Below are positions 23,930-34,400 of a DNA stretch of 64,000 bases, one piece after another. This DNA comes from Hemiscyllium ocellatum (taxonomy: Eukaryota): contig NC_083431.1 of the NCBI RefSeq assembly GCF_020745735.1, positions 21,108,496 to 21,172,495 of the forward strand, in the 5' to 3' direction. The translations under genes and the position numbers were made by a program. Numbering within the stretch: position 1 is the stretch's first letter; every line of letters begins with the position of its first letter. The notes under the pieces are model-generated. The model had not been told where the DNA came from, ran no database searches, and worked only from the letters and a program-made list of their open reading frames with translations.

Positions 23930-25300
23930 TCGTGGAATTCAGAGAGCAGGAGAGCAATGGATGAATGGATCTTGTTGCAGAACAGCTTACAGGCAACAGA
24001 CATTTGGATGAGTTAAAGTGTACCAAATGTGGAGGAAGAGAGACCAGCAAGGGTATTGGAATAGATGAGTTGAGATGCGGCAAAAGTGTGGAATAGAGCA
24101 TCTGCAGCAGGAACTGCGACAGGCAATATTATGAACATGCAAGTCAGTTGTATTTGTGTTTGACAGAAGATGAGATTAGAAGTTCAACTCTGGGTCAAAA
24201 AGCACTCTGAAGTTGTGGACAGTCTGACTGGATAGGAGGCAATAGCTGTTGATTGGGGAGGAATCAACTTCCAGGATAGTAAGGTATAATAACCAGGGCC
24301 CAGGGCTATTGTGCTCAGGTTGTCAGCAGAAACCAGGGTCCAGAGCAGTTTCTGGGCCAATGGTTTTTTTTCTTTGTGTAATCAGTAGCACAGGACTGAG
24401 GTTTGCAGCAGGGGTAACTGATAATGACTTCAGTCTTTTCATTGTTTACTTGGAGGAAATTGTGCTTTACGTGGGGCTAACTATCAGAGAATCTGTCTGA
24501 CAACATGAAGGTAATAATCGCAAAGGCTGAGCTACATATCACAAGCATACAAACAAACTCCAATCCCATATCTTCACATGATGTTGCATGGGGGCAGAAT
24601 CTTGAGGAACTAGAGTAGCCCCAACAATTGATCCTTGAACGCCTCTGGAGTCATAGTGCAAAGGTTGAAAAATTTTGAGTTGATAAGTAAGAGTTAAACC
24701 AAGCAACATGATTCCATTCACCTGGATGATGAGGGGAGGCAGAGGAGAAAAATACGGTTGTGGACAATCTCAGAGGTTAGAGAGAGACTGAGAAGGATGA
24801 GGTGTGGTTTTGCACCATAATTGTAGAAGACATTATTTGAAACTTAGGACAGTTTCAGGGCAGTAATAGGAATAAAAATCTGATTGGAGATATGGTGCTT
24901 GAGTTCAGGAGATGTACTGTAACCTGTTTAAGGCCTTTAGCAAGAAGGTTTTGATGAGGCAGTAGTTTAGTAGGCTTTGACAGTGAAGTGGGGTGGGGCA
25001 TGAGGTGATAAGGGAGAGGCAATTGGATGAATGGCTTAAATTGTACTGACAAACAAGTACAAAAACTGTTTTTGGAGGTGAGTGAGAAAGTGGCAGAGAA
25101 GAGTGTGTAAGGAAACAATACACAGTAGAGAAAGGAACTGAAGGTCATCTTTGTTGATCAGATTTGGACCTTAAATGATAAATCATTTGGCATGGAGAAG
25201 GGTTGACAATAATGACATGATCCAATAGATCTGACAATGAGTAGTTAAATTATCTGTGTACAGGTATGCTATAGTTTCAGCCCCTTGGACTTAAATTAGC
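23930..25300 (-). mobile_element. Ancient L2-type LINE RT remnant
   Basis: Minus-strand remnants GVQGSIVG (GVPQGSVLG-like) at about 24620-24645 and NFLQVNNEKTEV at about 24428-24463; many stops. Confidence 0.55.
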
Positions 25301-25989
25301 AAAAATTGAAAACCGCCAGTTGGAAGAGATCCTATATTGATGGTAACATGTGGGTAAAATATAAAAAGTAATTCCTGTTGGAACAATGTACGTTAGCTAA
25401 ATTGAGCACACTGACCTAATAAAAATTGAGTTGGGAGGTGATGGTATGTCTCTGATCTGTCAATTGACAGTAGAGTTGCCAACTGTGATTAAGTGCATTG
25501 TTGGAAATTTAATCAAATGACTTGACCTCATGATCCAGCCATTAGTTGGTCAATGCACGCATCTGGTAATGCACTACCTTCATCAGCTAATTGGAAAGCA
25601 GAACCTTTCATTACCCAGTTGAACAATGCTTGACTGTCAGCCAAACATTCCCCTGCTGATATTGTTATAATTGGTAAAGAATATATTCAAAGAAAATCAT
25701 AAAAAATTTTAATGTCCCAATGATATTCCTCCATGCTGAATATAGCAGTGGTCTGGATATTGATTTTTAAATCCCTGGAGATTCCAGAGCACTCCTAGAG
25801 GGTTGACAATAATGGCCAATGGTCACTGTGAGGCTTCTTATATCCTCAGAACTCTCTATCCCATATTCAATGATAAAAATTTCCGAGGAAAGTATGAAGG
25901 AGCAGGTTGTGTCCTTAAGCACTGAGACAGTATCTGGATCGTTAGGTCTTTGACCCTTTTTCTCTGTGGAGACTACAATTACAAGTAAA

Positions 25990-26218
25990 ATGAACAATCA
26001 ATAATCTAGTCCTTCAGCCACACACACATGGTTCTTCAGAACCTGGCCTGAGTCATCCTTTATAATTAAACCAATTGCATGGAAAGTTGCTTTTGAAGTC
26101 TGGTGTCTTGCAACTAGAAATAATCTATAAAAGTGGGTCTCTACACATCATGTCTGATGATAAAAGTTACAAAGTGTTGCTGTGTTGCTGAGAAAGTCAA
26201 TCAAACTGACTACACTTT
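25990..26218 (+). promoter_or_regulatory. Candidate promoter and non-coding exon 1 of the betaB1-like crystallin
   Basis: AACAAT (Sox) at about 25993, TGAGTCA (AP-1/MARE core) at about 26049, CCAAT at 26071, TATAAAAG 26126-26133, donor GTAAGT at 26219; the first coding exon has an acceptor upstream of its ATG. Confidence 0.55.
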
Positions 26219-26675
26219 GTAAGTCATAGACATGCTTAAAAGTAACTTTTTGAACAAGACCAGATGTAACTATGTCATGAAGTTCTACAACACAGAAGGA
26301 GACCATTTGGCTCATCATGACAATGATATATAAGTTTCTAATTAGCGTTCTAGCCTCCTGCTCTTCTCCATAATGGTACAAATATTTTCCATTAAAATAT
26401 TTATTCCATATCCTTTTGAAAGTTCATGGAACACAGAACAGAAAATAGAACACTATAGAACAGGAACACTACAGCACAGGAACACCATGTCTGTGTCAAC
26501 CACAATATTATTCTCAACCAATTCCATCTGCCTGCATATGGTCCCTATCTCTCTATTCTTGACCTGTTCATGTGTCTGTCTAAATGACTCTTAAACTTTA
26601 CTGTTGTATCTGCTCCTATCGAATCCGGCTCCAACTACATAGTAAATAAAATATGTAACAATATATATTCTTAAA

Positions 26676-26698
26676 ATATATATATATATATATATATG
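26676..26698. repeat. (TA)n microsatellite
   Basis: Direct read. Confidence 0.9.
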
Positions 26699-28385
26699 CA
26701 GAGTCTTTGATATTTGAGCTACCTTAACTATTTAAGGAAGGAAGCTCCAAAAATTAAACACAAATAGAGAAATAATATTACCACATGCCTCTATCACCTA
26801 ATGAAACAGTTACTGAGAATTAAAAAGGAGCCCTTGAAAACTAAAACGTAGCCCCTGAAAATCAAAATTATCTTTAAAAAAATTATTGAAGAGCTCCTTG
26901 AAAGAAACAAATTATATTGATCCTTTCTGGCAAATAAAATGTAAGCATTTGGAAATTTGAAAGTGCAGCTGATTGTAATGTGAATTCTTTTTTCCATTGC
27001 AGATGCAGAAGGAAAGAGGTCAGAAGGTGGAAAAGTGGTCTGTCAGCCTGATGATGGATTCAAGGAAGTTTAGTTGTTAATGTGATGGCAGAAGTGGTGG
27101 GCCATGTCAGATAACAAGGTTGAAAGGGTGGCTACAAATAAATATAGAATTATATGGAGAGACAACTTAGAGGTCAGTGAGAAGGAAACCAGTTTGGATG
27201 AACATTGAAAGTAGCAAGAATGAAGAGTTATTTAGTGCAGAGGAAACTGAGACGGGATCTGGGACCACAGTTGAGATAAAGAGAGGCAACGTGTCTTGAA
27301 TTAACTGAAGTGTTCAAATAGGGAGAATGTGCCAGTGGAGTAGCGGAGGTGGGGGAAATAATGCATGATTTGGTGATAAGATTACTGTATATAAAAGGGG
27401 TGGGGGTGGGAGAGGCCAGGGGAGGACTGGTATTTACAGAATTGTAAATTGCACGCAAGTGAAGAATCACTCAGGAATTCAGTTGGTCAAAGAATAGACT
27501 GTTGGGGTTCATGCCCAGTGGCTCAGGCATGCTAGAACTTCCAAATAATTTACTGATAACACAGAAAAACTAATTACAATCATTTTGGCATCTAATAATA
27601 CTGTCAAAGGTGTGACTAAGATGGTTTCAGAGCAGAGTTCTGTGATTACATAAAAAAGTTCACCATTGTTTTAATATACTGCAGGTATGTGAAAGGGGCC
27701 CTACATTTTTTTTTGGAACAGTCCCCAGCAATGTATAGTCCAACCTGACCAGAGAGTGCAAGCTTGATATCATCCTACTTCCGCATGTACAATTCTGACT
27801 GCAGATCTTAAATAATGACGGCACTGCAAGTTGTAAGATGAAATGTATTAGTTAGAACATTACATATTCTCCACAGTATCTGCTTATGATCTTGCAGCGT
27901 AAATTAAACAAAAGCTGTACAAAGCTGTCTACGAGGTCAACTCTTTGTTCTCGGCTGCACTTGTGTCTACTGTAGACTGTAGTTTTTGCTGATTTGTGTG
28001 GTGTTGCCAATGAAACAAAGCAAAGAGCTGGAGTCAGCTTCTGCTGCTTCAGTGTAATGACATTTTGTTTTGTTTATCCCTTTATGATCTAACCTGTTTG
28101 AAAAGAAAGAAAATTCAAAAAGCAAATCCATTGGATATATAAATAGGATGAACTGAGGTTGAAACATCACTTTTCATATTCTCTCTTGTCTGGCAAAAGA
28201 TTGAGCTGTTTCTGGGTGAGCCATTATAATACTTCCAAAAAGTTAAACTTATGAACTGTTGTGAAAACTTCATAAAATATAAAATTTTAGGAAAAATCAA
28301 GTTAAGCAAATATGTATAAAACCATTTAGCAACTAAAGCAAAATAAATTGATTATATTTCAATTATTGTTTTAACAGTTGTCACA

Positions 28386-28451
28386 ATGTCTCACACTGGA
28401 ACTCAGGGTAGTATTGGAAGCCATTCTGCTTCAAGTCTTCGCACTAACAGG
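28386..28451 (+). CDS. crybb1l: betaB1-like first coding exon (N-terminal arm)
   Basis: Acceptor TTAACAG at 28377, ATG 28386, donor AGG|GTAGGT; [22 protein letters not shown]. Confidence 0.8.
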
Positions 28452-31400
28452 GTAGGTGTATTGGTGGGTTTCTATTTCAATTTTATAAATTATCTATTAG
28501 TGATATTAGAGTAGGTGCAGTTTAGTGCAAATGAAGATTTATTATTAAGTAACAGTTCCTGTTATAGAAGTATCTTAATGTGAGCAAACTTAGAAAGTTT
28601 GTGACAGGTATGATCCAGGGTCAGTCCACTTACTGACTGACACTCCATAGCATACACAATGAGGTTTTGACAATCAGTAAGCATTGTTATTGTGAAGTAT
28701 TTTGCATTGCACTTACTGTATCTCTCTACTTCGAAATTCATTTGCCTAAAATAATTTTACCAAACTTTAACTTCCTGCAAATAGTTATGGTTTTAAATTG
28801 GCATAGTCTAAAATATCAGTTTTAACTTCCCTCTTATTGAATTATACATGTTTGGGAAGGAACAAGCCAAAGGTATATTCAAATCAACCTGTTTGGAGAA
28901 GATATTATACACCTCTGGAGCAGCTGAACTTGAACCCTAGGCCTCCTGGCTCAGAGGTAGGGACACTATCAATATACCACAATAGCCCTATGAGCAAGCC
29001 CATTCTCTATTGCTCAAGTGATCACAGGTGACTATCCTTCATTGGTGCTCTGAGACGGCGTGGACTTGAATTTAATATAAATTGCAGTCAAAACCAATCC
29101 TGACTTTAATAATGACTACATGTGAGCAGCAGTCATCTGATAATAAGAGAGGGTGAGAATTCTGGCTACTTCCTGAACTACCCATTTACCCAAGTACTGA
29201 GATCTGAACTAACTTGCCAAACACAGATGTTGAATACAAGACCCCGCTGCTCCATATCTCAGTGGCACACAAAACATTCACATACCCAGCGAACCATTAT
29301 CATTGCTGTTCATAGTATACTTTTTTGAATTAATAATGCAAGGAAAGGTTTTAAGTGCATGATTTATACTTTAATTTTAATGCTTCAATCATAAGATGTT
29401 AACTGAAATTCCTTTGTGCCATTTTTGTTCTTAGATAATCATATATGAGTATGAAAACTTCCAAGGTCGCAGGATGGATATCAATACAGAGTGCAGAAAC
29501 ATCTGTGATCGGGGGTTCGATAAAGTGGGGTCCATCCGTGTTGAGTGTGGACCGTAAGAGCTTGCTTTGAGAATCGATTTGTGTGTTCTGTAGTGCAACT
29601 ATATATTAATTTTCCTGATGCATTGGCATTTTTCCCAGCTTTTGCAGGTGGACACAGTTCCTTTTGTTTAAGCCTCAGGGTCCTGAATACTTATGATTCA
29701 GCTTATTGGTAGTGAGTCAATAGTAAGTCAGGATGAGACCTATTTCTTTTACAATACATATTTATGCTGACATACTTATCTTCTGAAGCTCTGCCTCAGA
29801 TTTTGAGGGCGTAACATATGTCACAGAATGGTGATCTTCAAATAGGGAGTGCACAACACACCTCCTACACTTAACTAATATGAGACTACAAATTCAGAGA
29901 TGAGGCATTCATATTTTGATTTGCATATACATAAATAAGTAATACCACTTCCTACAATTATGTTATCAATTTATACAACATTATGGTTGCCCAGGGAACA
30001 GTAACCCTCTGGTACCTGGCCAAAATGGTTACATCTGGTTTACCACATTGAGCATCAGTAGAATATTTGTGCCTTAGAAATTACATTATAAACCTTGGCT
30101 TACAAGTTGTGGGAACACATTAACTACGTTATGAAACACAGAACTTCGATTAATCATTGTAATTCTGCACTCGTGACGATTAGTCAGTGAGTATATTCAA
30201 GATCCATTGACGCATGACAAATTGCATATTTTTAGTTTTTCAACTTGAATCTTTCAACATGCATTTCATTTTACAAAGCATTATCCTTTTTATTAAATTG
30301 GTTTATTGTGTAACATGCAAGGACAAACTTGATTTTGTTGCAATAATTTATTTATCAGGTGGGTGGGTTATGAACAGCAGAACTTCTGTGGTGAGATGTT
30401 CATGCTGGAGAAGGGAGAATATCCTCGTTGGGACTCCTGGTCCAACAGCTATCGCACTGACTGTATGATGTCTTTCAGACCTGTAAGAATGGTAAGTTTT
30501 ACTGCAAGAGTTCATATTGCACATCTATAAAGAATTTTCTAAAAAGTTAGATAAGAATTGGAAATGGCCTATATTTGGGCATGTGGATAATGGATTTTAA
30601 CCTGCCCATGCCCATTTTATTGAGGGCAGCACAGAAACTTAGTGGTGACCCCCTCTCTGTAAAGACTGTTTCTTTTTTATTCTTCTATATTGACTGAAAT
30701 GGGAAAAGGACTGTTTCAAAAGTCAAGGATTTCTGAAAGATTACAATATTTTTTCAAAGCAAGTTAGCTGCCCCTCATTGTAAGTGCTGTTTACAGCTAT
30801 TGGTTCTAACATTGGGGAAAAACATTGTTACAGAAAAGCTGGAACCATGGGATTATGTACAAATGGAGATTTGGCTGCCATTAAGTAGCTGATTAGTCTG
30901 TAAAATGGTGACCAGTTATTGATGATAAAAGCCACCTGCCTGCCAACAACTGTGATTGATCCCCAGGGGGCTGAATAGGGGCTTGGGAATGTTTGGGTCA
31001 GAGGTCATCAGTTGTTGCTCTCCAATAAAAAGCACCTCAGACCTAAAGACAGTCAATTACTTCTCCTTATCAGTTGCATAAGCTGTGACTTTTAACTAAT
31101 AAATCAAAAGCCTTTATGAGTGTCAACCAATCACCTTGTGCCTTCTACAAATCAGTTGAAGTATCTAGAGAGGGAAGGTAGAGAAGCAGAATTCTGATCA
31201 GCAAACCATGTGATCAGGGATCACTGAACTGCCTTTCCAGTCAGAAACATTCTGACAAAGGGTCCCTAGACTGGAAATCTTAACTCAGTTTTTCTCTCTA
31301 CAGATACTATCAGATCTGTTGAGTTTCTCCAACATTTTCTGTTTTTGTTTCTGATTTCCAGCATTCACAGTTTTGTTTTTACTGCAGTAATTCCAACTGT

Positions 31401-34400
31401 TATAGAGTTATAGAGTCACAGAGATGTACAGCATGGAAACAGACCCTTCGGTCCAACCTGTCTATGCCATCCGGATATCCCAACCCAATCTAGTCCCACC
31501 TGCCAGCACCCGGCCCATATCCCTCCAAACCTTTCCTATTCATATACACAGCCAAATGCCTTTTAAATTTTGCAATTGTACCAGCCTCCACCACTTCCTC
31601 TGTCAGCGCATTCTATATCTGTACCACTCTGTGTGAAAAAGTTGCCCCTTAGGTCTCTTTTATATCTTTCCCCTCTCACCCTAAACCTATGCCCTCTAGT
31701 TATGGACTCCCCCAACCCTGGGAAAAGACTTTGTCTATTTATCCTATCCATGCCCCTCAAAATTTTATAAACCTCTCTAAGGTCACTCCTCAGCCTTCCA
31801 TGCTCCAGGGAAAACAGCCCCAGCCTGTTCAGCCTCTCCCTCTAGCTCAAATCCTCCACCTCTAGCAACATCCTTGTAAATCCTTTCTGAACCCTTTCAA
31901 GTTTCACAACATGGAAGGAGACCAGAATTGCATGCAATATTCCAACAGTGGCCTAACCAATGTCCTGTACAGCCGCAACGTGACCTCCCAACTCCTGTAC
32001 TCAATACTCTGACCAATAAAGGAAAGCATACCAAACACCTTCTTCACTATCCTATCTACCTGTGACTCCACTTTCAAGGAGCTATTAACCTGCACTCCAA
32101 GGTCTCTTTGTTCATTAACACTCCCTAGGACCTTACCATTAAGTGTATAAGTCCTGCTAAGATTTGCTTTCCCAAAATGCAGCACCTCACATTTATCTGA
32201 ATTAAACTCCATCTGTCACTCCTCAGCCCATTGGCCCATCTGGTCCAGATCCTGTTGTAATCTGAGGTAACCTTCTTCACTAGGAGAAAGTGAGGACTGG
32301 AGTACCAGAGTTGAAAAATGTCATGCTGCAAAAACACAGCAGGCCAGGCAGCATCCAAAGAGCAGGAATTGGCTGAAGAAGGGCTTATGCCCGAAACGTC
32401 GATTCTCCTGCTCCTCGGATGCTGCCTGGCCTGCTGTGTTTTTCCAGCATGACATTTTTCAACTCTAACCTTCTTCACTGTCAACTACACCTCTAATTTT
32501 GGTATCATCTGCAAACTTACTAACTGTACCTCTTATGCTCACATCCAAATCATTTATGTAAATGATAAAGAGTAGTGGACCAGCACTGATCCTTGTGGCA
32601 CTCCACTGGTCACAGGCCTCCAGCCTGAAAACAACCCTCAACCACCACCCTGCCGTCTACCTTTGAGCCAGTTCTGTATCCAAATGGCTAGTTTTCCCTC
32701 TACTCCATGAGGCCTAACCTTGCTTACGAGTCTCCCGTGGGGAACCTTGTTGAATGCCTTACTGAAGTCACATCTACTGCTCTGCCCTCATCAATCCTCT
32801 TTGTTACTTCTTCAAAAAACTCAATCATGTTTGTGAGACATGATTTTGTGGAATGCCAGGAGTTATGTGAATGCTTTTTTCCTGCAAGTTGGATACCTGG
32901 ACCTGTAAATAACACTAGTAGTGATCCCATTTGTAGCTCTATGCATATTCCTTAGTGCACGACAGGTGAATGCATTGAATGGACACAATAACCAATGAAG
33001 ACATTTAAAAGGGAAATTCATCCCTAATTTTCTGCTTCAATTAAATTTTACAACAGGACCCTGGCAATGTACTGGGACATCTTCAAACTTGAAGGATGGA
33101 GTGCCATCATATGATGTTGTGCATTTCTGTAAAAAGGAGAAGAACATTCCTAAGTAAATGAACAGAGAGGTTGTATCCAGTGCATTTACAGCCAAATGCG
33201 ATCATTGGATATTCTTTTCTATGGAGACTAATAGTTTCTGATACCTAGCCCTTAGTTTATGCAAGCTGTTCAGGTTATTGGGTCAGCACCTTCACTAGGT
33301 GGTACCTGCTTCCTCTCTGACTGTCTGAACAGCACTTACCTTTCCCAGTGGAGCTGCCAGCTGATTCTTCAAGTGACCCACCTGCATGCTGTTCCATCTA
33401 CAGCCACTTGGATGGCAAATGCAGTGGCAGCCTATCAATTAGTCACCTCCTTCAAAGTTAAGCCACCAAAGTGCGATGGCTTGGGATCTGGCAGTGATTA
33501 CAATATTAAAGCTCTGGCACTCAGTGGAAAAATCTAGCTCAACATGAAGGCAACAAGAAAGGACATAGCCAGCAAAGAAATAGAAAGAAGATCCAAATGG
33601 ATTTAGATGGTAATAGTTTAACTTCAGGGAGACCACTCCTCAGATGGGAGTTTGAGAAGGAGAGTCCTTCATTGTAGGAAAGGATTAGCTTAATTATTAG
33701 TATACTTATGACCACTAAATTAGGGAATTCAATTTATGGAGAAACATATAGAGAAATATATGAAATGAGTGAAAATGGAATCAGTATTGTTGAGGATTTA
33801 ACCCTGATTATTCATTTATTGGATGTGCTGGCTGGGCCTGCAGTTGTTGCTCATCCCAGTTGATCTTGAGAAAGTGCTGGTGAGGATTGAAAAGATGGAA
33901 GGGATGGAGTTTTTACTGGACATATTGTGAATACTGTATATACAAGATTTATTTCTGTCAATTTGTTAAAAACCCAGCGGGGAGGAATTATTGCTACTAA
34001 TGGATATTAAGCCAAAAACGGACATGATGTAAGCATGAGAGATCACCTTGAAATTAGTAATTGCAGAGAATGTTTAAGATTTAGTTCACATGAAGTCAGG
34101 AAATGAAAGTTATCATTTTGGTAAAAAATACAATGGAATCATTACTTACAATGCCTAAAACTGACAACTCATTACAGGATGGGCAGGACCATAAAATTTG
34201 CCTTCATGAGTGTGCTAACTTTGATGGAAGAAAAATGGAGATCTGTGATGAGGATATTCCCAGTCTCTGGGTTTACGGTTTCCAGGACAGAGTTGCCAGT
34301 ATTAAAGTAATTGGTGGAACGTGAGTAACATTCCTTTTCTCTTTTAGGAAATCATATTTTTGTTTGGAAAAGTTGTAAAAGATAACCTTAGCATCTTAAA

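Noticed and set aside
27386-27400. TATATAAAAG as the betaB1-like promoter
   Set aside because: It is embedded in purine-rich, L2-like decayed sequence with no good downstream donor. The 26126 TATA has better context, though neither is proven.
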